A stretch of 64,000 nt of DNA from Octopus vulgaris (lineage: Eukaryota), in the NCBI GenBank assembly GCA_951406725.2, contig OX597831.1:5332001-5396000 (forward strand), read 5' to 3'. The translations under genes were made by a program, and so were the position numbers. Shown here in pieces: positions 12,751 to 24,721 of the stretch (positions within the stretch are counted from its first letter, which is position 1; every line of letters begins with the position of its first letter). Below the pieces are notes generated by a model that saw only the letters and a program-made list of their open reading frames with translations, did no database searches and was not told where the DNA came from.

Positions 12751-12889
12751 TCGAAAAATACCCTAGGAATGAGAACCCAGGTTCGAAATTTCCCCCAAGA
12801 CACCTGATGAAGGCTGGAAGGTATATCAGCCGAAACGTTGTGTTAACAACAAACAAGATGAGGACAAATATCCATCAAATGTAAATAAT
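12451..12889 (+). mobile_element. tRNA-headed short element with hammerhead-ribozyme-like tail and an inverted upstream copy of the tail
   Basis: Inverted arms 12451-12585 / 12749-12889, tRNA-like head 12622-12695 (tggcgtagtggttaag...gagttcgattcc), (AAT)n linker, hammerhead motif 12799-12844. Confidence 0.75.
12799..12844 (+). ncRNA. Minimal type I hammerhead ribozyme motif (Penelope-type)
   Basis: Stem I GACAC/GTGTT, core CTGATGA (+A), stem II GGCTG/CAGCC, GAAAC, palindromic AACGTT helix III, cleavage triplet GTT (12837-12839). Confidence 0.7.
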
Positions 12890-12899
12890 TCCTCATCTC

Positions 12900-13270
12900 T
12901 AAAATATAGAACTGTTCCAGTAAATGTATTGGCAACTCTGTCGTTTCTGTCTTTATATTCAGGATTAGGCATCCAGATATTCTATGGTTAATTGTTTTCT
13001 CGTTAGCATCAAAAATTTTGAACTTGGAGTTTGCTCCCGTTTTGAGGACGTTAGCTTGGAAAATTTTTTTTCGTGTATAGTTTCTGGTTCTGGGCATCAA
13101 GAATGAATCCCCCCTTGTTTCTGCCTTCAACACTGAAAATCTGCAGCCAGTGATGAGTTTGTGATTGGCAAACCTCAGCTTTCTGGATGCTGAGTGGCTC
13201 TCGACTCCGGGAGGGGTTTCTGCTGCCGATCACTCTTTCCGGGGCTTTAAATACTTCTGATTTTGCTTCC
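12900..13270 (-). mobile_element. R4/Dong-like fragment (zinc-knuckle region, decayed)
   Basis: Frameshifted ET..GFILDAQ / TRNY...EKTINHRISGCLIL resembles the R4-type C-terminal CCHC region. Confidence 0.6.
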
Positions 13271-13514
13271 ATCATAACCGTTACCCTCCTCCTCCTCCTC
13301 CTCAACTTCATCATCATCGTCATCGTCGTCGTCGTCGTCACCATCACCATCATCATCATCATCATCACCATCATCATCATCACCACCACCACCATCATCA
13401 CCATCATCATCATCATCATCATCATCACCACCACCATCATCACCATCATCACCACCACCATCATCACCATCATCATCATCACCACCATCACCATCATCAT
13501 CACCATCATCATCA

Positions 13515-13700
13515 GAGCTGGCAGAGTCGTTAGCGCGCCGGACAAAATGCCTAGCAGCATTTCGTTCCTCTTTACGCACTAAGTTCGAATTCCGCCGAGG
13601 TCAGCTTTTGCCTTTCATCCTTTCGGGTTAGATAAAAACAAAAAAAAAAAAAAAACTAAGTGCCAGTCGAGCCCTGGGGTTGATATAATCGACTTACAAC
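13515..13700 (+). mobile_element. tRNA-derived SINE (family C)
   Basis: gagctggcagagtcgttagc...aagttcgaattccgccgaggtc...gcctttcatcctttcggg. Further copies at 36426, 50140, 51767 and 37610-38790. Confidence 0.8.
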
Positions 13701-14229
13701 AAATTTCAGGCCCTTCTTCTACCTCTACCTTTAGCAGAAAGAATCCTTATTTACGACTACCATATTTCTACACAAATATTTGCAACTTTTATATAAAATT
13801 CACGATTCTTCATTTTCTGTTTATCTTCCTCCTCCTCCTCCTCATCATCATCATCATCATCATCATCATTTTCATCATCATCACGATCGTTATTCTCGTT
13901 GTTGTTGTTGTTGTTCTTGTTGATACAAGAGGCAGTGGGGTATAGAGGAGGAGGAGGAGGAGGAGGAAGTGGAGGAAAATGGCGGAATGAATCAGGAAGA
14001 GAAGCATTGTCTCTGTTGTTGACTTCTTGTGTTCTGTTGTTGTTGATATTTAACACAGAATTAAACTCTCTCTCTCTCTCCCCTACCCCCACCTCTACTC
14101 CCCCCCACACACACACGCACCCACACCATCTGACCTTCTATAATCTCCTTCACGCATGCGCCACATGTTATCCTTCTTTTCTTCTTTTTTTTCCATAATT
14201 TCTTCTCACACCATTTTCTCACCGTCGTT

Positions 14230-14378
14230 TGCTCATTCTCTTTCTCCCTCTCCATCTCTCTCTCCATCTCTCTCTCCCTCTCTTTCCCTCTCTCTCTCCC
14301 CCTCTTTCTCTCTCTTTCCCTCCCCCTCTTTCTCTCTCTCTTTCCCTCCCCCTCTCTATCTCTCTCGCTTTCTCTCTG

Positions 14379-14414
<36 letters not shown>

Positions 14415-14674
14415 AGTCTCCTTCTACATCCATTTCTCATTCTCTTTCTCTCTCTCCCTCTCTCTCCCTCTCTCTCCCTCTCTCTCTCTCTTTCCCTCCC
14501 TCTCTCTCTCTCTCTCGCTTTCTCTCTCTATATATATCTCCCTCTCTCGTCCAGTCTCCTTCTTCTACATCCATTTCTCTTTCTCTTTCTTTCTCATTCA
14601 ATCTCTTACATACACACTTATTTTCTTCCTCTGTCTTTCGCTCTCTCTCACTCACACTCATCCTTCCAAATTCA

Positions 14675-14729
<55 letters not shown>

Positions 14730-15245
14730 CCGTTCATTTTCTCCCTCTTCTTCTCTCTCTCTCTCTCTTTCAACTACTCTCATTCTTCTTCGTTCACTTT
14801 CTCTCTCTTCCTCTCTCTCTCTCTAACTCTCTCTCTCTCTTCGCCGTTCATTTTCTCCTTCTTCTTCTCTCTCTCTCTCTTTCAACTACTCTCATTCTTC
14901 TTCGTTCACTTTCTCTCTCTTCCTCTCTCTCTCTCTAACTCTCTCTCTCTCTCTCTCTTCGCCGTTCATTTTCTCCTTCTTCTTCTCTCTCTCTCTCTTT
15001 CAACTACTCTCTTTCTTCTTCGTTCATTTTCTCTCTCTTCCTCTCTCTCCCTCTCTCTCTCTCTCTCTCTCATCGCCGTTCATGTTCTCCCTCTTCTCTC
15101 TCTCTCTCTCTTTCAACTACTCTCATTCTTCTTCGTTCATTTTCTCTCTCTTCCTCTCTCTCTCTCTCTCATACTCTCCCTCATTCTCCCTTTCTCCTCT
15201 TTCCCTTCCCCCTTCTCCCCCTCTCCTCTCATATCTTTGTTCTCT
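14230..15245. repeat. Polypyrimidine (CT)n region with ~110-125-bp higher-order units
   Basis: Recurring cgccgttcattttctcc...ttcaactactctcattcttcttcgttca units at 14728-15140. Confidence 0.9.
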
Positions 15246-15402
15246 CCCAAATCAATGAAACAACATCTATTTCCTGCTTAAACAACAAACATTCCTCACC
15301 CATCACCATCATCATCATCATCACCACCACCACCACCACCACCACCACTACCATCACCACCACCACCTCTCTCTGTATGAAACTCGAAGGCCAAGAGGCG
15401 AA

Positions 15403-15415
15403 AGGTCAAAGGTCA
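15403..15415 (+). promoter_or_regulatory. Perfect DR1 nuclear-receptor element AGGTCA-A-AGGTCA
   Basis: aaAGGTCAaAGGTCAg in a short unique island followed by TAAT/TTAA-rich sites (15460-15490). Confidence 0.4.
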
Positions 15416-15674
15416 GAGATATTTTGTTATGTCATTTGTTGTTGTTGTTTTTTGTGGCCAATTGTTAATTGGTTAACTAATTAATTTTCAATTCTTGCTA
15501 TCTCTCATAGACGTTAATGGCAGCCAGGCATCGGCTGACAGCGGCCATGTTTTATGCCGGACGGGGTGGGTGTGGGGAAACGGGGAGGGAGAATGGGGTA
15601 GAGGTGCTTCATTATGAACCGTCTTCGTGTTCCGTACGAGATAAGATAAACAAAAGAATAATAATAATATGGGG

Positions 15675-16070
15675 GTGATGATCTTGATGATGATGATGAA
15701 GACGACGACGATGATGATGACGAGGATGGTGATGAGAATGACGATGAGGATGATGATGATGATGATGATGACGACGACGACGAGGATGGTGATGATGATG
15801 ACGACGAAGATGGTGATGATGATGACGACGACGGGGGTGATGATGATGATGATGATGACGATAACGATGGTGATGATGATGACGATGATGAAGATGACGA
15901 CGATGATGATGATGACGACGAGGATGATGATGATGACGACGAGGATGATGATGACGGCGATGATGACGACGGGGATGATGATGATGATGGGGAGGAGGAG
16001 GAGGGTGGGGTTGGTGTTGATGGTGATGGTGTTGGTGGTGGTGGCGATGTTGATGTTGACAACGACGCTG
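15675..16070. repeat. (GAT/GAC)n compound trinucleotide repeat
   Basis: Direct reading. Confidence 0.95.
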
Positions 16071-16797
16071 ACATTGACAAAATGCTCGAAATTTGTCGTT
16101 GGCAAGTAAATTCGATTAAATCGAATCTTATATATTATTATTATTGTTGTTGTTGTAGTTGAGGTGTGAATTATGACTTTGTATTCATTCCGAATTTTTG
16201 TTATTATATCTGTTGTCCACTTTGTCCTTATATTTTGTCCATTAATCTGCTCTGCATTTTTATTGCTCAACTGACCAGTAGCTGTTTTATGGACGAGCTA
16301 AACAATCTATATTTCGGCTACATTTCGGCTTTTGCAATCTTCGAAAATTCTTATCAATAAAAGAATATTTAATTTAATATAGCGCCACTCGGTTACGTGA
16401 ACCTGAAAATGAAAATGGACGAAGTAAACGGCACGAAGTATGCCAAGGTAGTCTCTTCCCATCCAGAAAATAACAAACACAGAGGTGGAGAATTACCGAA
16501 ATTTTTATGGCACTGGATGGTTTCTAACTCGCTTGTTCTCTTTCGTCTTGGCAGCTGTCTGTCTTAACAATAGCATAATGGGTAATTCCTAGTTGTGTGG
16601 AGCAATGATGTGGAGCGTGATGCCGCTGAGAGAAGACGGCACCAAGAAAGATGTGTGAGATTTCGGTCACGGAACTCGCAGCGAAGCTAGTGCTTGCCGT
16701 TTGGTACTTGGACAACCCCTAGTTATACATAGTACAAAAGTTCGAGTACATATCTGACTTTGGTGGGGTATTGATAAATTTGGTTTAGTTTGGAATA

Positions 16798-17272
16798 CCG
16801 TAAATCCTCGATTATAGTCCGCCCTTGAGTATAATACGCAGGGGATTTTTAGGGGGCTGTACCTCTGAAAAACTTAAACTTTGTGTATAATACGCACCCC
16901 TTCTCTAACTTGAGTCAATGAGGTCTATATAACGTCCTTGGTTTGTAACAATGTATACGGTAACATCCTTTATTATTATTGTATATATAACATAATGCAA
17001 ACGTGTAGCTTTTTTGTGCATTTTGTTTGTAGAAAATAAAGAAATAACAGTAATAACGTTTAATAAATGTTGCTTACTGCAAGTTATGGATGATTCTTTT
17101 ATGACTTCATTGCTTTCAGGCTTAGCTTAATGTATTTTCGCGCCCGACATCACAAAATGCGTTTGAATAAACATTGCCAGACAGCAAATAGAGACTCGGA
17201 CATTGCTTAGAAAATAATTTTCATTTTTAACCTCGTATATAGTACGCACTAGGGATTTTGACTGTTAAATTT
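16798..17272 (+). mobile_element. Tc2/pogo-like MITE, 3'-truncated copy
   Basis: TA|CCGTAAATCCTCGA TIR; homologous to 19068-19583. Confidence 0.85.
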
Positions 17273-17605
17273 ATACAGGGGCAAGGTAACGAGGTCCTGT
17301 GATAGACTTCTTTAAAAGGTATGACGGTGAATATCACTGCAACTAAACCTCTACGACATCAGAAATAAAGGGTGACTGCAGTAATTACTACCCCGATTCT
17401 TCCTAGGTGGCGTTGTCTCACACCTTGGCAGGTGAAGGTGCTTGTTTCTATATTTACATAATATTTAATACTTAATCTGCTACCGAGAGGATGAACGGGA
17501 CGAAGGAAGGAATAGATTTGGTGTAAAGGAATCGCTACTGAGAGAGACACAATGGTTTACTTCTGCTTCACGGCCACATCTGCAACCATGGAAACGACAC
17601 ACACG

Positions 17606-17637
<32 letters not shown>

Positions 17638-17936
17638 GACTCTCTCTCTCTATCTCTCTATCTGTCTCTATCTCTCCCTCTCTGGTAACATTGTTGTTTG
17701 AAGCCGTTCCCTTCATAGTGCGATGATATTTAGTTTCTCGTGGGATACTTACATGTTCTCCACTTTCCTATAAATGTTTGTGTGTGTGTATGTATATATG
17801 TGTGTGCGTGTATATATATATATGTGTGTGTGTACGTGAGTGTTTATATATGTGTGTGTATATATATGTGTGTCTGTATATATATGTGTGTGCGTTTGTA
17901 TATATATGTGTGTGTGTGTGCGTTTGTATATATATA

Positions 17937-17967
<31 letters not shown>

Positions 17968-17969
17968 GT

Positions 17970-18009
<40 letters not shown>

Positions 18010-18497
18010 TCACCCTCACTATGCGTATATAACGGAACAACTAGAAATACATAAACAGGCAAACAAATATACACTGGTTTGTGAGTGCATGTGTGTGTGT
18101 ATGTGTGTGTGTGTGTAGACAGAAAAAGAGAGAGAGAGAGAAACAGAGAGAGAAAGTCAAAGAGTTCTCCGTGGACAACAATGTAATAAAAAACGCAAAA
18201 GAAATAAAACAAAGCCAAACATGGCTTATAGATAACCTTTGACGAGCCGCCATTTTTAAATATCAATGACTGATTAAGTTAAAATATTCAAAAAGATTTT
18301 ACAGATGTAACGTCGGCAAGAGACTTGTATATACTTTTGATGATGTCGTGTATACGTTTTGATTGTATGAGGTTAAGACTGATGGCAACTGGGATGGTGT
18401 CTGGTGTAATACGGGTCTATTTTGTTGTGTTTGTCAGTGTGTGTGAGAGGCACAGACAGACAGACAGACAAACTGAATTTCTATAGTTTTATTGGTA

Positions 18498-18868
18498 CCG
18501 TAAATCCTCGAGTATAATCCGCACTTTTTTCCCAAAATTTAATGGTCAAAATCCCTAGTGTGTACTATATACCAGGTTAAAACTGAAAATTATTTTCTAA
18601 GCAATGTCCGAGTCTCTATTTGCTGTCCGGCAATGTTTATTCAGACGCATTTTGTGATGTCGGGCGCGAAAATACCTTAAATCATCCATAACTTGCAGTT
18701 AGAATCATTTATTAAACGTTATTACTGTTATTTCTTTATTTTCTGCAAGCAAAATGCACAAAAAAAGCCACACGTTTTCATTATGTTATATGTACGATAA
18801 TAATAAAGGACGTTATCGTATACATTGTTACAAACCAAGGACGATATACAGACCTCCATGACTCAAGT
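18498..18868 (-). mobile_element. Tc2/pogo-like MITE, inverted partial copy
   Basis: TA|CCGTAAATCCTCGAGTATA followed by the reverse complement of the element's 3' two-thirds. Confidence 0.85.
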
Positions 18869-19067
18869 CTTCCACCACAGCTTGACAATCGGTGTTGGTG
18901 TATTCAGTCCCCCGTAACTTAGCGGTTCGGCTAAATGATCGACAAAACAAATACCAAGCTGAAAAAAAAAAAACTAAGCACTGGGGGTCGATTCTTTCGA
19001 CTAAAATTCTTCGAGGCGCTACACCATGGCCAGAGTCTGAAACAAAAGATAACAGATAAACAATATA

Positions 19068-19583
19068 CCGTAAATCCTCGAGTATAGTCTACCCTTGAGT
19101 ATAATACGCAGGGGACTTTTAGGAGGCTGTACTTCTGAAAAACCTAAACCATGTGTATAATACGCACCCCTTCTCTGACTTGAGTCGTGTGTAATTAAGC
19201 CAGCAGCACCTAGTGGAACAAACACTTCCGCACATGCGTAATACAATAATGGCGGTGTTCTTAACTGTTATATGGGAATGTAAATATGTTTGCAAATTGT
19301 TTTTGTTACATGTTATTCTGTGTTCTGAATACTTTTATTTTAATAAATGTTGCTTACTGCAAGTTATGGACGATTCTTTTATGACTTCATTGATTTCAGG
19401 CTTAGCTTAAGGTATTTTCGTGCCCGACATCACAAAATACGTTTGAATAAACATTGCCGAACAGCAAATAGAGACATTGCTTAGAAAATATTTTTCATTT
19501 TTAACCTCGTATACAGTACGTACTGGGGATTTTGACCTTCAAATTTTGGGAGGAAAATGCGGATTATACTCGAGGATTTACGG
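19068..19583 (+). mobile_element. Complete 516-bp Tc2/pogo-like MITE
   Basis: TIRs CCGTAAATCCTCGAGTATA / TATACTCGAGGATTTACGG with TA target duplication at both ends; no ORF. Confidence 0.9.
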
Positions 19584-20677
19584 TATATAGAGAGAGAGTT
19601 TTTGAAGTGATGTACAGATATTGTACATTTGTATTAATAAGTCAGAATGTTGGATGATTATATGTATATTTACATTTTTATATACATTATATGTATATTT
19701 ACAGTTTTAGCGCTTTTTTCTGTTTTCAGACTTAACAAAATTTTTTTGATAAATCCGATAACGAAAGAAAGCTCTAAAAATGTAAATAAGTTGTAAATTA
19801 ATAAAAAAAAACATTATATAATCATCTAACATTCTGACTACCTTATCATTCTAAATATGTATATATAACGTATAGGCGCATGCACCCAAATACATATTTA
19901 TATATTGGTTTTCTTTTGTAACAGCTAACTGCGCCCGTACATTAGGTTCATGCCATCGTTCGTAAACTATGGTCGGTGGTAAGATAAAATCGTGATAATT
20001 GATTTTACATAGAAAATGTAGGAGATTGACACAAAGGTTGAAGTGGGCTCCTAAGTTTGCACAATCGTCAGTATTGGAATGTAACCAAATGCAAAACAAA
20101 AAGAGCACTTTAACAGATGTTTGTCCTCGGTTGTGGTTCTTAACTCAGCATGACAATATAGCGCCACCTGCGGCAAATTACTCCCTTTGACATGCTGCTA
20201 ATGATTTCAAAGTTATGAAGATGAAGCTTACATAATTTCTTCCACGCCTCATTTGAATAAATGCCAAGACACTCGCTATGCATATACACATGCACCAACG
20301 TGCATATGTACATATTACTGCATGAAACACCAGATGTGTGTGTGTGTATTAATGTTTGTTATTGTGTTCAATTACAATAACAACTATTTTACGTTAATCT
20401 GACAGGTTACTCTATACTTTTGTAGAGCACAAATTTATCGTTCTTATACTTCGAAGTTTCGGAAGTCAGAACTTCGAAGTCACTGTCAGCAACATTCTTG
20501 TATAAGAACGTATGTGTGTGTGTGTGTTTATGTGTGTGTGTATAATTTTATGTATAAGTGCATATGCGTGTGTGTGTGTGTGTGTGTGTGTTTATGTATA
20601 AGCGCTTATGCGTGTGTGTGGGTAGGTTACGGGGCTGAAAACACACAGCATCGACTATCAAGCGATGTTGGGGGACA

Positions 20678-20715
<38 letters not shown>

Positions 20716-20855
20716 GATATATATATACACACATATATATATATATGGACACTCATGAATTTATGCTACGGAATACTGGCGCTGATGAAGGCAATAGGTA
20801 ATTTTCTACTTTAAGCTGGAAACAGGATCTTGTATGCGGTTAACCGAAAGTTCTA

Positions 20856-22131
20856 TTAGGTTGTCAAGAAAGTTCTTGTGGTTTTTAACCTTTAAATTCA
20901 GATGCACATATCTCGGCTCAAACAAAACTTTATTAATCGAAATAAACACCATCAGAATCAACACACTTTTGCCAACGCGAAACAAGTTTATTTATGCCAG
21001 TAGCGTAAAAATCCTGCGTTCTGGTGACGATGAGGTCGCTGAAGGCTTCTTTGGCATCGTCTTGGTTTTCGAAGCATTTCTCACGCAGGAAGTTTTCGAG
21101 ATGCTTGAAAAAGTGGAAGTCGGTAGGCGAGAGGTCTGGTGAGTATGGCGGATGAGGCAGAGTTTCGTAGCCCAATTCGTTCAACTTCTGCAGGGTCAAT
21201 TATGCTACGTGCGGCTGAGCGTTGTCGTGGAGAAAAATTGAACCAATGCTGGCTGTTGCTGTCGGAGTTTCTTATGCATTTCATCTATTTGCTGACAGTA
21301 CTTCTCTGCCGCAATGATTTCACCTGGATCCAAAAAGCTGTGATGGATGAGTCCGGCCGCAGACCACAAACAGTCCCCATGACCTTCTTTTGGTGCAACT
21401 TTGGCTTCGGGAAGTGCCGTGGATCTTCGTCGGCGTCCAACCACTGAGCTGAGCGTCGCCGGTTGTCGTAAAGAATCCACTTTACATCGCAAGTCATAAA
21501 CCGGTCGAGAAACGGGTCGTTCTTGTTACGTAAAAGAAAGGAAGATGACACTTCAAAACGACGTTTTTTGGGGGGGGGGGCGTTCAATTTGTGCAGCACC
21601 CATTTCTCAAGTATTTTTGCTTTTCAATCTCTTTCAAGTGCTTGGAAATTGTCGTTTACGTTATGTCTAATTCAGAAGCAAGCTCTCGAACAGTTGTGCG
21701 TGGATTGTCTTCGACTAAGGTTCTTAGTTGATCGTTGTCAACATCCGATGGCCGACCACGACGCTTATCAACTTCAAGACTCTCGTCACCACTACGAAAT
21801 TTCTTGAACCACCATTGTGCTTGATGTACATTCTTTAGTGGTTCCTGGGCCAAACGCTTCGTTGATATCGCGAGCTGTTTCAGCAGCTTTTCGGCCTAGC
21901 TTGAACTGGAATAAGAAAAGTGTGCGAATTTGCTTTTTGTTCATGTTCAACGTTCCGGAAAAAATGGCCTAATTATTCAAAAAGAAAAAGAATAATACGA
22001 TTAGATAGAGCGGAAAACGGGGGGCTTTAAAATAATATATAAAGTCAAAGTAATTTAGCGAAAATTAATTTGAAAATACATAATTTAAAACCAAAATTAA
22101 AAATTCCTCAAGAACTTTCTTGACAACCTAA
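20856..22131 (-). mobile_element. Full-length mariner (cecropia subfamily, Hsmar1-like), 1276 bp
   Basis: TIRs TTAGGTTGTCAAGAAAGTTCTTG / CAAGAACTTTCTTGACAACCTAA, TA on the left flank, internal transposase. Confidence 0.95.
20933..21944 (-). pseudogene. Frameshifted DD34D mariner transposase
   Basis: MNKKQIRTLFLFQFKLGRKAAETARDINEAFGPG, QWWFKKFRSGDESLE, TCDVKWILYDNRRR, WSAAGLIHHSFL, LHDNA, HPPYSPDLSPTDFHFF, RWQKCVDSDGVYFD*, spread across several frames. Confidence 0.95.
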
Positions 22132-22560
22132 TTCATTTTCTTTCTTTTGTTCGCCTATTATGTGGCGTGTTTATTCTCGAAGAATTTATGGTGGTAATGG
22201 TGTCATTTGACGTCTATTTTTCAGTGCGTGGGGAGGCGCAAGCCAAGCGCTTGTTATAATTATATATATAATTATAATATATATATATATATATATATAG
22301 GCGTATTGAATATATTTTTGTATATGCAAACACAATATTTGCATACATGCTTGTGTGCATGCATGGGTATGTATGTATATGAGTGGTTATAAGATAAATA
22401 GAAATATAAAGTAAATATGTACTTGCGTGTATATTTTGTAAATTATTTATGCAGTTGTAAATATATATATATATACAGCTGCTTATATTTTGCAAATATC
22501 TGCAGGTGTAAATACATCCAGGTGTTTTTCCAGACGTGTATTTCTCGATAATGTGTACAG

Positions 22561-22727
22561 ACGCAAGTGTGGATGTGTGGCTGTGTGGTAAGAAACTTGT
22601 TTCTCAACCACATTGTTCAGAGTTCAGTCTCACAGCATGGCACCTTGGACAAGTGTCTTCTACTATAAACTCCGGCCGACCAAAGCCTTGTGAGTAGGTT
22701 TTGTAGACAGAAACTTAAAGAAGCCTG

Positions 22728-22786
<59 letters not shown>

Positions 22787-23221
22787 GTGTGTGTGTGTGT
22801 GGCGCGCGCGCGCGTGTATATATATGCTCTTTGCTCTTTTGCTCTTTTACTTGTTTCAGTCATTTGACTGCGGCCATGCTGGAGCACCGCCTTTAGTCGA
22901 CCAAATCGACCCCGGGACTTATTCTTTGTAAGCCCAGTACTTATTCTATCGGTCTCTTTCGCCGAACCGCTAAGTGACGGGGACGTAAACACACCAGCAT
23001 CGGTTGTCAAGCAATGCTAGGGGGACAAACACAGACACACATACATATATATATATACATATATACGACAGGCTTCTTTCAGTTTCCGTCTACCAAATCC
23101 ACTCACAAGGCATTGGTCGGCCCGGGGCTATAGCAGAAGACATTTGCCCAAGATGCCACGCAGTGGGACTGAACCCGGAACCATGTGGTTGGTTAGCAAG
23201 CTACTTGCCACACAGCCACTC
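22561..23221. mobile_element. Two family A SINEs in inverted orientation (+ partial 22561-22727; - 22840-23221)
   Basis: Homology to 446-845 on both strands. Confidence 0.85.
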
Positions 23222-24469
23222 AAAGAAATTAATACGACAGGGTGGTCGTGGTTGAGAAGGACTCATTCATAAATCAGATTATTGGAGCCCTGGTGCTGGG
23301 ATGGAGTGTGTGTGTGGAGGTGGCGTTGGCTGCTGGATGACAACAATACCAGACGCATCTGTGGTGCATCCACCTGGAGCCCAAGAACACTGTTGCTGTT
23401 GTCGTTGTTGATGATGATGATGATGATGATGATGACAATCATCATCATTATACTGATGGTGGTGGTGGTGGTGGTGGTGGAGGTAGAGGTGCTTATTAGG
23501 GTGGTGGAAGTGGTGGAGGTGGTCGTGGTGATGATGGAGATGGTGGTGGTGGTAGTGGCAGATGCGGCGTTGACGGCAGTGGTATGGGTGGTAGTGGTGG
23601 TGGTGGTGGTGGTGGTGGATGTCTATGATTTATGAGCTGTTTAACAAAAGCAACAACGTATAGACGAAGGCAGTCATAAAGATATCACGGACACCATGAG
23701 AGTTCAAACAACAGCAGCAACAACAATAACAACAACAGCAACACCTACTCCCATTACTACTGCTGCTACTACTACTACTACTACAGCAACAACAAGTAGC
23801 TAATGCCAACGACAGCAACAACAATAAAACAACAGTAGAAAAACAACAATACCAGCAGAATAATGTGTAGAGAAGATTTACAAGAAACACAATATGGGCC
23901 AAGGAGGGGACTCAATGTATTCATCCGACCTGGTAGAAATAGCAGCCAAATTTCTTTTAAATAACACTCGACCGTTTAAAAACAGAAGGACAACATTAGT
24001 TAAGGCACGCAATATCTGGAAATATGATACGGTATTGATTTCCCGAGGATAGGAAAATTTGGGGATTATCACGGTTGGATTATCTTTAGTTGAATTATCT
24101 TTAGTAGTGGTGGTGATGGTAGTGATAGTGGTGGTGGTGGTGGTGGCGGCAAAAGTAATGGTGGCGGTGGCAAGGGTAGTGGTGGTGGTGGTGGTGGTGG
24201 TGGTGGTAGTGCTGGTGGTGATGATGATGGTAGAGGTGGTGATAGTGGTGGTGATGGTCATGGTCTTGGAGATCGAAACCGCGATGATCGCGATTGTGAG
24301 GTTGGCAGTGATGGCGGTGTTGGTGGTGGCGGTCATTACCGCGTTGGCGGAGGTGGCGGTGTTGTTGTTGTTGTTGGAGTGGTAGTGGAGATGGAGGGTT
24401 TTGAAAGTGGTGATGATTGTAGTGGCGGTGTTGCTGCTGCTCTTGTTGGTGGATGGTCGGTGGTCGGTG

Positions 24470-24680
24470 GTTGTGCGGATCTATAAAAGCTGGTTGTTTA
24501 TGCTCCACACCGCCTGCGCACCCTACACCACCCGCCCCCGCCAATAAAACGAGGTAGAAAGATACTATACAGGAATGAGGCTGAAGGAAGTGAGGCGTGG
24601 GTAAAAGATTTTTTAATACCTTTTCATGATTGATCACAGGTGCTCGCCTAAGTGCGCCTGTCTGCGTCTACCTTTCTCAG
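24470..24680. promoter_or_regulatory. Candidate promoter/enhancer island
   Basis: TATAAAAG (24482), gcctgcgca (NRF1-like), ccgcccccgcc (Sp/EGR), ccaataaaa (posterior Hox-like), ggaagtg (ETS), atgattgat (Pbx-like), caggtg E-box. Confidence 0.3.
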
Positions 24681-24683
24681 CCA

Positions 24684-24721
<38 letters not shown>

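Noticed and set aside
20780-20850. ctgatgaaggc...ggaaac as a hammerhead
   Set aside because: Stems I and III could not be formed convincingly.
24001-24010. taaggcacgc, identical to the first 10 nt of miR-124
   Set aside because: The rest of the mature sequence and a precursor hairpin are absent; consistent with chance.
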